A stretch of DNA of 28,052 nt from an uncultured Oscillospiraceae bacterium (lineage in GTDB: Bacteria > Bacillota > Clostridia > Christensenellales > CAG-138). The stretch is taken from NCBI GenBank assembly GCA_964431505.1, contig CAYSKA010000002.1, forward strand, positions 1 through 28,052, given 5' to 3'. How positions within the stretch are numbered: the stretch's first letter is position 1; every line of letters begins with the position of its first letter. Below are positions 18,173 through 27,264 of the stretch, in pieces. A model generated the notes under the pieces. The model was not told the DNA's origin. It made no database searches and saw only the letters and a list, made by a program, of their open reading frames with translations. A program made the position numbers and the translations under genes.

Positions 18173-19357
18173 ATGCAACCTTCCGTATGGAATTATCTGT
18201 TGGGATATGTTATGATACAAGTCGAAGGGCAGGGAATTGAGCGCTTCGTCAATTTGTCTTTGCAAAACGGCATAGGCATTTGGGGCGTCCGCCGGAAAGG
18301 CCGTCTCACGATTACAGCTTATGTCACGCTTGAGGACTTTTATAAATTGCGCCCTTTGGTTAGAAAACTCCATTGCAAGGTGCATATTGTCCGCAAACGC
18401 GGCGTTCCTTTTGCCTTTATCAGGCGGCGTTCCAGAGGTGCTCTGCTTCTGGGGTGGATATTGGTATTAGCGGCGCTATTTGTTGCATCCCGCTATGTAT
18501 GGTTTATTGACATCGAGGGGTGCTACCAGATAGAGGAAGCGGAAGTACGCAGAATGCTTGACGATATGTCGGTTAAATCCGGCATTACCCGAAGCGGATT
18601 AGTAACAGCTGATATTGGGAACCAGCTTAAGGCTATGGATGGCCGTATTGCCTGGGCGGGCGCAAGCATTAGCGGCGTTGTGCTTAAAGTTGAGATCGTT
18701 GAAGCGGACAAAGAGCCCGATAACACAATGGATACTTCTCCGGTCAGCATATATGCCGCAAAGGATGGAGTAATAACAGAGATTTTGGCCCTGAAAGGCA
18801 AGCCCAAGGTAGAGCTTGGCCAGGCGGTACGAGCCGGCGACCTTTTGATAAACGGCGACCTTAGGACCGAGGGCGCTCCAGGATATATGGTACATGCCGA
18901 TGGAACAGTTAAGGCGAAGGTAGCATACAGCTTTTCCGTTAAAGCCGGACCTGAGCTTACCAGCCTTGCCCGAACCGGCCGTGTAATTGAGTACACTGAG
19001 ATATGGCTGTTTGGCCGATGCGTTAAGAGTAACACTGGGGAGTTTCAGGAGTATGAAACCCAGGTGGAACGGGAATCACCTATAAATGGATTGTTTCTTC
19101 CGCTGGTGATTAAAAGCGGAAAATGCTATGAATTGCAGGGGGTGGCCCATACCGCGACAGAGACTGAGCTTCGCGAGGCCGTAATTGTTATGGCCGACCA
19201 AAAGCTCTCGTCAATTATTCCTAAGAATGCGCGCATACTATCTAAGTCGAGCGAGCTCACCCTACAGGAAGACGGATCCATGGTTGCGGTGATAAATGTT
19301 ACGACAGAGGAAGATATAGGCGAGGTACGTCCAATTACGGATTTGCCTCTGCCATAA
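18173..19357 (+). CDS. yqfD: Sporulation protein YqfD (stage IV)
   Basis: GYVMIQVEG..IERFVNL N-terminus, single TM, IYAAKDGVI...VELGQAVRAGDLLING; yqfC-yqfD-phoH order. Confidence 0.9.
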   Translation: MQPSVWNYLLGYVMIQVEGQGIERFVNLSLQNGIGIWGVRRKGRLTITAYVTLEDFYKLRPLVRKLHCKVHIVRKRGVPFAFIRRRSRGALLLGWILVLAALFVASRYVWFIDIEGCYQIEEAEVRRMLDDMSVKSGITRSGLVTADIGNQLKAMDGRIAWAGASISGVVLKVEIVEADKEPDNTMDTSPVSIYAAKDGVITEILALKGKPKVELGQAVRAGDLLINGDLRTEGAPGYMVHADGTVKAKVAYSFSVKAGPELTSLARTGRVIEYTEIWLFGRCVKSNTGEFQEYETQVERESPINGLFLPLVIKSGKCYELQGVAHTATETELREAVIVMADQKLSSIIPKNARILSKSSELTLQEDGSMVAVINVTTEEDIGEVRPITDLPLP

Positions 19358-19407
19358 AGACTTCTTTTAATGCTTTTATAAGGAGATAATATGCCTATAT
19401 CGGGCAA

Positions 19408-20445
19408 ATGGTCAATATGGAAGATAATAACGTATTAGATAAAGAGGCGATTGACAGGCCCGGTGAAAAACCGGCTGTAATAACCGACCGGATTGAAGCC
19501 GAATCGATGGACGAGCTTATCAGGCTGTTCGGCGTATTCGACGAAAACCTGCGCATAATTGAAGAGGAAACAGGGGTGCGTATGACAACCGAATCCGATT
19601 GCGTGAGGGTCAGTGGTAACGAGGAATCGGTTAAGCTGGCCAAAACCGTAACCGACAAGCTGATGACCATGCTTAGGCGCGGCGAGGCAATAGACAGAAG
19701 CAGAATTCGCTATGCTATTGACCTAGCCAAAGAGGGGAACGCCGACCTTATTGAAGAGCTTATGGACGACGTTGTAGCCTTTACCAATAAGGGAAGACAA
19801 ATTAAGTGCAAAACCCTTGGACAGAAACGCTATGTAAGGGCGTTAAAGCAGCATACAGTCGTATTTGGCATCGGCCCCGCCGGAACTGGCAAGACGTATC
19901 TTGCAGTAGCTATGGCTGTTTTGGCCTATAAAAATAAAGAAGTATCCAAAATAATCCTTACGCGTCCTGCTGTTGAGGCAGGTGAAAAGCTGGGCTTTCT
20001 CCCGGGGGATCTGCAAAATAAGGTCGATCCGTATCTCAGGCCGCTATATGACGCACTATATGATTTTCTTGGTTCAGAGGGTTTTAAAAGCCTGAGCGAA
20101 CGCGGAATAATCGAAGTCGCTCCGCTTGCGTATATGCGCGGGCGTACGCTGAATGACGCTTATATCATCTTGGACGAAGCGCAGAACTGCACGATTGAAC
20201 AGATGAAGATGTTCCTTACACGCTTTGGCGAAGGATCACGGGTGGTGGTAACCGGAGATATAACGCAGATTGACCTCCCTAGGGAGCGTAAAAGCGGTCT
20301 TGTTCACGCTTTAGGAGTTTTAAATGACGTGGAGGGCATCAGCATGATATACTTAACCCATAAGGATGTTGTCAGGCACGAGATGGTGCAGCGCATTATA
20401 AAGGCATACGACAGGACAACTAAAAGGGAACCGCAAAACCAATAA
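19408..20445 (+). CDS. phoH: PhoH family ATPase/RNA-binding protein
   Basis: GPAGTGKT, LTRPAVEAGEKLGFLPGD, AYMRGRT, DEAQN, GDITQIDL. Start uncertain. Confidence 0.95.
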   Translation: MVNMEDNNVLDKEAIDRPGEKPAVITDRIEAESMDELIRLFGVFDENLRIIEEETGVRMTTESDCVRVSGNEESVKLAKTVTDKLMTMLRRGEAIDRSRIRYAIDLAKEGNADLIEELMDDVVAFTNKGRQIKCKTLGQKRYVRALKQHTVVFGIGPAGTGKTYLAVAMAVLAYKNKEVSKIILTRPAVEAGEKLGFLPGDLQNKVDPYLRPLYDALYDFLGSEGFKSLSERGIIEVAPLAYMRGRTLNDAYIILDEAQNCTIEQMKMFLTRFGEGSRVVVTGDITQIDLPRERKSGLVHALGVLNDVEGISMIYLTHKDVVRHEMVQRIIKAYDRTTKREPQNQ

Positions 20446-20466
20446 AACTGTTTGGGGATGTATAGG

Positions 20467-22599
20467 ATGGTAAAAAAGGCGGGGGGAAATAAGTTATTTA
20501 CACGCTATAAACCGTTAGTGTCGATGTTGCTTTTGATAACGGCGCTTGTTTTGAGCTACCTTATTGCTTGTTTATCGCTTACGCCTCCGCGCTATGAGCT
20601 CGAAGTGGGGGACACGGTTACAAGGACGATATACGCCAACAGGGATATAAAAAATGAGGCAGCCACAGAAATACTCAGAAATGCCGCCAGGGAAAATACC
20701 GCGCCTGTATACCGCATTGATGAAGAATTAAAGAACAGCCTTATCTATGACACCGAGGCGTTCTTTGATTCAGTAAAATCGATGCGCTCAAGAGCCTTGC
20801 TGATGCTGTATGAGGATAAACGCGCCGATGCGCCTAACATGACTCCTGAACAATGGAGCACAGCTATAAGCGATACCGCAAACATACAGGAGCTTATGAA
20901 TATACTTACGATTCCGGTAAGCCAAAACCAGCTTTTTGAACTTTTGGCAGCCTCAGAATCGACTGTGCAGCTTTTATATAACGCCGTGGCACCAAAGATC
21001 ACCACGAACCTGGCCATGCTTTCAGCTGAAAAGGTAGACTCTGTACGGGATTTATGCATGAGGGAACTCAATGCGTCGGGAGGCATCACCGAGGAGCTCA
21101 AAGGTGTTGGCGGCCTGCTTTTTGACAGGTACATACAGCCTACATATCTTATTGATGAGAAGGCCACTGAGGACGCCCGCAATGAGGCGGCGCTTGCCGT
21201 TACGGACGAGATAATAAAAAGCGGAGAGGTGATAGTATCCGAGGGAAGCAGGCTTACCGCCATACAATACACACTTCTGTGTGACCTTGGCATTATAAGA
21301 GACGCTAGCGCAGACATTTTTACGCACGTCGGCATAGCCATATATGTCCTAATAGCCTTTGGAGCATTTTTTGCATATATGTACTTCTGCTGCAAGAGCG
21401 TCTTAAACAACTTAAGGCAGATGTCAATCATAGCAATCGCGCTTTTGATGATGCTGTTGTCATCGTGGGCCTGCCGCATGCTATCCATTCATTTTATGCC
21501 TTACATAATAGCTGCCATGATGACAGCCTTGCTTGTAGGCGAACGGCCCGCATACGCTGTATCCGTGCTTTCGGGAGCTATTATGGGACTGATTGCCGGC
21601 GGACAAGGAAGTGAAATATTTAACAGCAATACTGTAATTGCATTCCTTGGCGCTGTTCTTGGCGGCATTGCGTCCACGCTGATTCTTAGAAGGGCTCAAA
21701 AACGCGGTACTGTTATTACCGCCGGACTCGTAGGCGGAGCCGCGGCCGCGCTAATTGTCATATGCGTGTATATTGCGCTTGGTTCACCTGCCGTTAACGT
21801 ATTGAAGGATACGGCGCTTACGGTCGGCGGCGGTCTGTTGGCCGCAGTGCTGTGCGCGGGTACCTCCCCTGTTTGGGAAAGCCTGTTTGATATATCTACC
21901 GGTGCCAGGTTAAATGAGTTGACAAACACAAACCATCCGCTTATAAAGCAGCTTATGACCGAGGCGCCCGGTACTTATCACCATTCGGCAATGGTTGCTT
22001 CCCTTGCCGAAGCGGCCGCCGAGGCGATTGGGGCCAACGCTCCGCTTGCGCGCGTAGGCGCCTATTTCCACGACGTTGGCAAGCTTAGAAGACCCAAGTA
22101 CTTTAAAGAAAACCAGGATCCAAACGAAAATATCCATGATACGCTAAGCCCCGCTGAAAGCGCGTCAATAATAATAGCGCATCAGCATGACAGCGTTGTT
22201 TTACTGCAAAAGTACAGGCTTCCTTCGGATGTTATTAAGATCGCCGGAGAACATCACGGGAACTCACTAATGGCTTACTTTTATTTCAAGGCGCAGCAGG
22301 ATTCCGATACGCCTGTGAATCAAAAGGATTTCCGCTATTCGGGAAGCCGGCCCTCCTCTGTTGAGAGCGCCATCGTTATGCTTGCCGATTGTTGCGAAGC
22401 CGCCGTGCGTTCCATCAACTCGGCCGATAAGGCCAAAGTGGAAGAAATGGTTCATAAAGTAATAGCGTCAAAATATTCCGATAAGGACGGTTTACTTATG
22501 AACGCCCCTCTTACGCTTGCACAGATATCTATTGTGGAACGGTCTTTTCTTAAGACGTTTCTTGGACTGCTGCACGAGCGCATAGAGTACCCTGAATGA
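20467..22599 (+). CDS. pgpH: 7TM-HD phosphohydrolase (PgpH/YqfF family, c-di-AMP phosphodiesterase-like)
   Basis: N-terminal TM, 7TMR-HDED-type extracellular region, seven TM helices, EAPGTYHHS, FHDVGK, EHHG, MLADCCEAA. Start 20452-20467 uncertain. Confidence 0.88.
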   Translation: MVKKAGGNKLFTRYKPLVSMLLLITALVLSYLIACLSLTPPRYELEVGDTVTRTIYANRDIKNEAATEILRNAARENTAPVYRIDEELKNSLIYDTEAFFDSVKSMRSRALLMLYEDKRADAPNMTPEQWSTAISDTANIQELMNILTIPVSQNQLFELLAASESTVQLLYNAVAPKITTNLAMLSAEKVDSVRDLCMRELNASGGITEELKGVGGLLFDRYIQPTYLIDEKATEDARNEAALAVTDEIIKSGEVIVSEGSRLTAIQYTLLCDLGIIRDASADIFTHVGIAIYVLIAFGAFFAYMYFCCKSVLNNLRQMSIIAIALLMMLLSSWACRMLSIHFMPYIIAAMMTALLVGERPAYAVSVLSGAIMGLIAGGQGSEIFNSNTVIAFLGAVLGGIASTLILRRAQKRGTVITAGLVGGAAAALIVICVYIALGSPAVNVLKDTALTVGGGLLAAVLCAGTSPVWESLFDISTGARLNELTNTNHPLIKQLMTEAPGTYHHSAMVASLAEAAAEAIGANAPLARVGAYFHDVGKLRRPKYFKENQDPNENIHDTLSPAESASIIIAHQHDSVVLLQKYRLPSDVIKIAGEHHGNSLMAYFYFKAQQDSDTPVNQKDFRYSGSRPSSVESAIVMLADCCEAAVRSINSADKAKVEEMVHKVIASKYSDKDGLLMNAPLTLAQISIVERSFLKTFLGLLHERIEYPE

Positions 22600-22639
22600 T
22601 CGTGTATGAGAATTTAAACATGCGCTGGAGGTTTAGATT

Positions 22640-23080
22640 ATGCTGGATATACTCGTTCGCGTCGAGGGCTTAGATGGCAGCCTTCAATACATAATTGCCA
22701 TGGCTGTCAATGCAGCGCTTGATAACAGAGGGCGCCAGGGAGATGTTACCGTAGCTATAGTTGACGATGCTGAAATAAGGCGCATGAACAGGGAATACAG
22801 GGGAATAGACTCACCCACCGATGTGTTGAGCTTTCCAGCGCACGAGGGTTTTATGCTATTGTCTCAGCCGGACGCCTTCTTAGGCGATATAGCTATATCG
22901 GTTGATAGGGCCAGGTTGCAAGCCGATGAATATGGGCATTCTATTGAACGTGAGCTGGCGTTTCTTACGATACATGGGATGCTTCATCTGCTTGGCTTTG
23001 ATCATATACTCAAGGAGGATGAGGAGGAAATGACTGCTCTTCAGGACCAAATATTACGTGAAATGGGGTGTGCAAGATGA
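22640..23080 (+). CDS. ybeY: rRNA maturation endoribonuclease YbeY
   Basis: NREYRGIDSPTDVLSF and HGMLHLLGFDH motifs. Confidence 0.96.
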   Translation: MLDILVRVEGLDGSLQYIIAMAVNAALDNRGRQGDVTVAIVDDAEIRRMNREYRGIDSPTDVLSFPAHEGFMLLSQPDAFLGDIAISVDRARLQADEYGHSIERELAFLTIHGMLHLLGFDHILKEDEEEMTALQDQILREMGCAR

Positions 23081-23493
23081 AGCCCATACACGATCTGGAG
23101 ATAAAAAATATGCTGCGAATGGCCAACGATGCGCGCGACAGGGCGTATGTCCCGTATTCGGGCTTCCGTGTCGGCGCGTGTATTAAGGGTGAAACCGGAG
23201 CGTATTATCTCGGGTGCAATGTGGAAAACGTTTCATATGGAGCTACTAACTGTGCAGAAAGGACTGCGCTGTTTAAGGCGATATACGAAGGCGAGCGCGC
23301 CTTTGACGCTCTGGCCATAGTATCGGACAGTCACAATTTTACAGTACCTTGCGGAATATGCAGGCAATCGCTGTCCGAGTTCTGCGATGACGATATGCCC
23401 GTGATATGTTCAAACGGCGTTGGCAAATATAAGGTTATGCGATTTGGAGAGCTTTTCCCATATGCGTTTGCTCCACAGGATGTAAGACCATGA
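23077..23493 (+). CDS. cdd: Cytidine deaminase (homotetrameric type)
   Basis: AYVPYSGFRVGA, NVEN, CAE, PCGICRQ; ATG 23077 overlaps the ybeY stop (ATGA). Confidence 0.95.
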   Translation: MKPIHDLEIKNMLRMANDARDRAYVPYSGFRVGACIKGETGAYYLGCNVENVSYGATNCAERTALFKAIYEGERAFDALAIVSDSHNFTVPCGICRQSLSEFCDDDMPVICSNGVGKYKVMRFGELFPYAFAPQDVRP

Positions 23494-24383
23494 GCGGGCA
23501 ATGTTATCGTTCGGGGTTTGTATCAATAGTCGGCTCTCCAAACGTTGGTAAATCAACGCTTACCAATGCCTTTGTAGGGCAGAAGGTATCGATAGTTTCC
23601 GATCGCGCCCAGACAACGCGCAACAGGATAATGGGGGTTATGACCAGATCAGGGTACCAAATTGTATTTTTGGATACTCCTGGGGTAACTACACCTAAAA
23701 ACCGGCTCGGTGAATACATGCTAAAATCCGCATATGAAACGCTGAACGAGGTGGAGGCCGTTTTGCTTGTTATAGATGCCCTAAGAGGCATAGGCCCTAA
23801 GGATGAGGCGCTGATAGGCAGGCTTGCCTCGGCAAAATCGCCTATAGTTGCCGTAATAAATAAGGTTGACGCATCCAACCTGGCGGGCATAGAGGAAATT
23901 GAGGAATATCTGTCATCTAAGGACTTTATAAAGCGCATGTTCAGGATATCCGCGATGAAGGGTACCGGGTTGATGGAACTGGAGCGTGCCCTTAGTGAAC
24001 TGCTCCCCGAAGGCCCTCAGTATTTCCCTCCCGACATGATAACCGACATGCCTGAGCGCGTAATTCTTGGTGAGATAATAAGGGAGAAAGCCTTAAATAT
24101 GTTAAGGCAGGAAATTCCGCATGGAGTAGGCGTATGCATAGACAGGGTCGAAAATACGGATACCGGCATCTGTAATGTATGGGCGACGATATACTGCGAG
24201 AGAAACAGCCATAAGGGGATAATTATTGGCAAGCAGGGATCAATGCTAAAGCGGATTGCCTCTGATGCGCGAAAGGATATGGAATGGCTGCTTGGGTGCA
24301 GGATTAACCTTCAGGTTTGGGTTAAGGTCAAAGAGGATTGGCGAAACAGCATAAGTGTGATGCGTGAGCTTGGATATGAATAG
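23490..24383 (+). CDS. era: GTPase Era
   Basis: GSPNVGKST, QTTR, DTPG, NKVD and C-terminal KH domain (IIIGKQG). Confidence 0.97.
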   Translation: MSGQCYRSGFVSIVGSPNVGKSTLTNAFVGQKVSIVSDRAQTTRNRIMGVMTRSGYQIVFLDTPGVTTPKNRLGEYMLKSAYETLNEVEAVLLVIDALRGIGPKDEALIGRLASAKSPIVAVINKVDASNLAGIEEIEEYLSSKDFIKRMFRISAMKGTGLMELERALSELLPEGPQYFPPDMITDMPERVILGEIIREKALNMLRQEIPHGVGVCIDRVENTDTGICNVWATIYCERNSHKGIIIGKQGSMLKRIASDARKDMEWLLGCRINLQVWVKVKEDWRNSISVMRELGYE

Positions 24384-24411
24384 TGTGAAATATATAGGCA
24401 TCCTATAGAAG

Positions 24412-24436
24412 AAAAAGGCGTCAAGGACGCCTTTTT
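24412..24436. terminator. Bidirectional intrinsic terminator between era and the convergent yqzL-like gene
   Basis: Perfect 11-bp stem AAAAAGGCGTC-AAG-GACGCCTTTTT with A/T runs on both sides. Confidence 0.88.
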
Positions 24437-24494
24437 AAACCAAAAGGTTGCTTTTGAAGATTCAGCTCATATCTTAAGCCTTAGCTTTTTATTT

Positions 24495-24629
24495 CTATAC
24501 TGGCGTCCCCCGTGTCCTGCCGGATGTATCAACGGATTTAACCGCCTTGTACATCAAATATGCTCCTATTCTGCCCGTATCCGAAAACTCCTTCCATAGT
24601 TCCTCTGCCGTACGCTTTATAGTATCCAT
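24495..24629 (-). CDS. yqzL: YqzL-family small protein (44 aa), not in the ORF track
   Basis: AAGGGAGG SD; MDTIKRTAEELWKEFSDTGRIGAYLMYKAVKSVDTSGRTRGTPV; W-x2-F-x2-TG-x-I-x2-YL-x-YK pattern; lies between era and recO. Confidence 0.8.
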   Translation of the reverse strand: MDTIKRTAEELWKEFSDTGRIGAYLMYKAVKSVDTSGRTRGTPV

Positions 24630-24661
24630 ATAAGCCCTCCCTTATTTGATCTGTACGTAAA

Positions 24662-24691
24662 TATTATCCCGCACGCAATAGCGCAAAATAC
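24662..24691 (-). promoter_or_regulatory. Possible forespore (sigmaF/sigmaG-like) promoter for the yqzL-like gene
   Basis: Minus strand GTATT-N15-CGGGATAATA compared with sigmaF consensus GYWTA-N15-GgnnAnAnTw. Confidence 0.3.
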
Positions 24692-24716
24692 GATGCAAAA
24701 TTTGGAGAAGCAAACA

Positions 24717-25445
24717 ATGAACGTGACCTTAAGCGGAATAGTGCTCAGATATGCTGATTATCGCGATAACGACCGGATGCTTACGCTTTTTACAAGGGAA
24801 GCGGGAAAGCTAGCCGTATTGTCGCGTGGGTGCCGCCGCTCTGGAAGCCCCCTATTGTCCTCATCCCAGCCATTCGCATACTCAGAGCTGGTATTATTTC
24901 ATAATAAAGGCCGTTACTATCTTAATTCGGCCGACCTTCGTGAGAACTTCTACTCCATAAGCTCTGACGTAGACCGATTCGCTTCAGGTTCATACATGGT
25001 CTCGTTAATTGACGCTCTCATGGCTGAGGGCGAATCGAACGAGAGCACATTTACCTTGCTGTATCACTCTCTAAGCTTTTTATCATATTCGGATAGTTCG
25101 CCGCTGGATCTTGCGTTGTTCTTTACTGTCCGGTCGCTTTCCATAGCAGGATATTCCCCTTCCCTTACGCACTGCGCCATCTGCGGCAGGGATTTAAGAA
25201 TGATGAGAAAAGCCGGATTTTCAGCTGCAAACGGCGGCGCCGTATGTGACGCATGCAAGGGAAAGGGCTTGACCTACGTCAGCGCCCTTTCCCTTGAGGC
25301 GGTAAGGCGCATGATACAACTTCCCGACGCCGATATACAAAAGATAGTTTTACCTCAAACGGTCCGTGAAGAGCTTAAGCCCGCTTTGAAGGGCTATGTA
25401 GAGTATATACTGGATAAAAGAATTAAGGCGTTTGACATGCTATAG
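24717..25445 (+). CDS. recO: DNA repair protein RecO
   Basis: GIVLRYADYRDNDRMLTLFT OB-fold start and Zn motif CAICG...CDAC; ATG 24717 has a GGAG SD (alternative start 24693). Confidence 0.93.
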   Translation: MNVTLSGIVLRYADYRDNDRMLTLFTREAGKLAVLSRGCRRSGSPLLSSSQPFAYSELVLFHNKGRYYLNSADLRENFYSISSDVDRFASGSYMVSLIDALMAEGESNESTFTLLYHSLSFLSYSDSSPLDLALFFTVRSLSIAGYSPSLTHCAICGRDLRMMRKAGFSAANGGAVCDACKGKGLTYVSALSLEAVRRMIQLPDADIQKIVLPQTVREELKPALKGYVEYILDKRIKAFDML

Positions 25446-25452
25446 TATGTTA

Positions 25453-26469
25453 TCATGCCCATCCCTTTGGCACAAACTTAATTTCATAATCGTTAACAGC
25501 ATATCTGTCCGTCATACATGCGATATAATCGGAAACAACGCGTTCCCGTCCGTCCGGTTCGATATACAATTTAAATTCGTCCGGCAATGAGTCTATATGC
25601 CTTAGATAATATAGATATAATTGCTCTATTACACGTGCCGCCTTTCCCTCCTCCTTCTTCGCTATCGGGTTATAGTATACCATTTCAAACATAAAATCCC
25701 TTAACTTTTCGAACTCCCGCCCTACCTCACCGGACATTGCAATGTGCGGTTTATCCATGCTGTTTAACAGCACATCCGTTATCATAGTGTTTATGCGGTC
25801 CCCATGTGCGCTGCCAAGGGCGGCGGTACAGCTCTTTGGTATATACTCAGCCTTTAGTACCTGCGCTCTCAGGGCATCGTCAATGTCGTGATTTATATAT
25901 GCTATCCGGTCCGCTATGCTTACAACCTCGCCTTCGATCGTAGCCGGACACCCGCCCTTTTTATGATTTACTATGCCGTCCCTTACCTCGAATGTCAGAT
26001 TAAGCCCCTTCCCCCCATTTTCAAGCAGACTTACGATTCTTAGACTCTGCGCGTTGTGCTCAAAACCGCCTGGCACCAAACGGTTCAATACGGCCTCTCC
26101 CGCGTGGCCAAAGGGTGTATGCCCCAAATCATGCCCAAGGGATATCGCTTCGGTCAGGTCTTCATTGAGCCTAAGCCCCCTTGCTATTGTCCTGGCGATT
26201 TGCGATACCTCAAGCGTATGCGTTAACCGTGTCCTGTAATGATCGCCTGCCGGGGATAGAAACACCTGCGTTTTATGCTTCAACCGCCTGAAGGATTTGC
26301 AGTGAACGATTCTGTCCCTGTCCCGCACAAAGTCGGTCCTTACCGGACACGGCTCCATCGGCTGTTCCCGTCCCCTTGTCTCGCATGACAGCGACGCGTA
26401 TGGGGAGAGCAGCTTTTTTTCAAGCTCTTCGACCCTATTCCTTATTTTAGCCGATATACCTATATCCAT
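25453..26469 (-). CDS. dgt: Deoxyguanosinetriphosphate triphosphohydrolase-like HD protein (short type)
   Basis: RDRDRIVH..SFRRL..KTQVF, RTRLTHTLEV, HDLGH, ADRIAY, DYIACMTD; AAGGAGG SD. Confidence 0.93.
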   Translation of the reverse strand: MDIGISAKIRNRVEELEKKLLSPYASLSCETRGREQPMEPCPVRTDFVRDRDRIVHCKSFRRLKHKTQVFLSPAGDHYRTRLTHTLEVSQIARTIARGLRLNEDLTEAISLGHDLGHTPFGHAGEAVLNRLVPGGFEHNAQSLRIVSLLENGGKGLNLTFEVRDGIVNHKKGGCPATIEGEVVSIADRIAYINHDIDDALRAQVLKAEYIPKSCTAALGSAHGDRINTMITDVLLNSMDKPHIAMSGEVGREFEKLRDFMFEMVYYNPIAKKEEGKAARVIEQLYLYYLRHIDSLPDEFKLYIEPDGRERVVSDYIACMTDRYAVNDYEIKFVPKGWA

Positions 26470-26504
26470 GCCGCCTGCCTCCTTGTCATAGCTGGGCGTC
26501 CCCT

Positions 26505-26672
26505 CTAATATTCCTGTCGCTCCAATCGTTTTAGCGATAATATGGCCGCTAGCGCTGCAGGTTTTTGATGCAAGTGTGCTCCAATCGTCAGGTACACCAA
26601 AAGCTTTTGATGTGCTTGACCGGTAATTAAATCAGGTTTTCGGGTTAATGCCAGTAGGCCGGCATCGCTCAT
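26505..26672 (-). CDS. Possible small hypothetical protein (55 aa), not in the ORF track
   Basis: AAAGG SD-like sequence and ATG; MSDAGLLALTRKPDLITGQAHQKLLVYLTIGAHLHQKPAALAAILSLKRLERQEY; lies between the 118-aa ORF and dgt on the same strand. No recognisable motif. Confidence 0.3.
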   Translation of the reverse strand: MSDAGLLALTRKPDLITGQAHQKLLVYLTIGAHLHQKPAALAAILSLKRLERQEY

Positions 26673-26697
26673 ACTGCCTAACCTTTAATAACCGCCC

Positions 26698-27054
26698 TCA
26701 CAGAACGTTGCTGCGCAAGAACGGCTTGGAAACTGAATCGTACCCGGCTAACCGTTTGGCTAGCGACCTAAACGGCTGCTTTCCCCCGTACTTAACCCTT
26801 AACGTTATATTTAAAAGAGCAAAGGATAACGCAGGGTCGCAGGCTATTATCCTCATAAAAACCAATGGGAGATATAGCTTTTGGCTTTTGCCTCTGATAC
26901 ATATTATATGGGAAGCCTTCTGTGAATACAAGCGGCTTCTACTGCACTCATATAACAATTTACCCTTGCCTTTTACTGCTATTTGTGATGCATCGGGTAA
27001 AACGCATCCATCTACATCAATAAAAATAGTGGAATGGCCCGTTTGCTGTGGCAA
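26698..27054 (-). CDS. Hypothetical protein, weakly reminiscent of a cNMP-binding (Crp-like) domain
   Basis: Open frame extends to 27123 without an ATG; segments IAVKGKGKLLYE and DPALSFALLNITLR. Confidence 0.35.
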   Translation of the reverse strand: MPQQTGHSTIFIDVDGCVLPDASQIAVKGKGKLLYECSRSRLYSQKASHIICIRGKSQKLYLPLVFMRIIACDPALSFALLNITLRVKYGGKQPFRSLAKRLAGYDSVSKPFLRSNVL

Positions 27055-27169
27055 CGAGGAAATGTTGCAAATCCGTATAAGTACTATCTTTCTGCGACCT
27101 TGGGTATTCTTGTGTGAGCGGCTTCAAAATGCCGTTTGACGCTTTTTTCACGCCCAAACTTGACAAGGA

Positions 27170-27199
27170 ATTATAAACAGTGATAAAAAAATATGAGAA
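27170..27199 (-). promoter_or_regulatory. Possible sigmaA promoter for the minus-strand orf-orf-dgt unit
   Basis: Minus strand TTCTCA-N18-TATAAT. Confidence 0.35.
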
Positions 27200-27264
27200 T
27201 TATGCTCTTTTGCGGAGCGAATGCTGCTTGTCATTCCACATCAAATTGATAGGTGCGATATGTT

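Noticed and set aside
26519-26588. CRISPR-like repeats
   Set aside because: Only two 11-bp copies, far too short and too few; no cas genes.
26648-27139. 163-aa plus-strand ORF
   Set aside because: No SD, non-protein-like composition, and it overlaps the more plausible minus-strand ORF.
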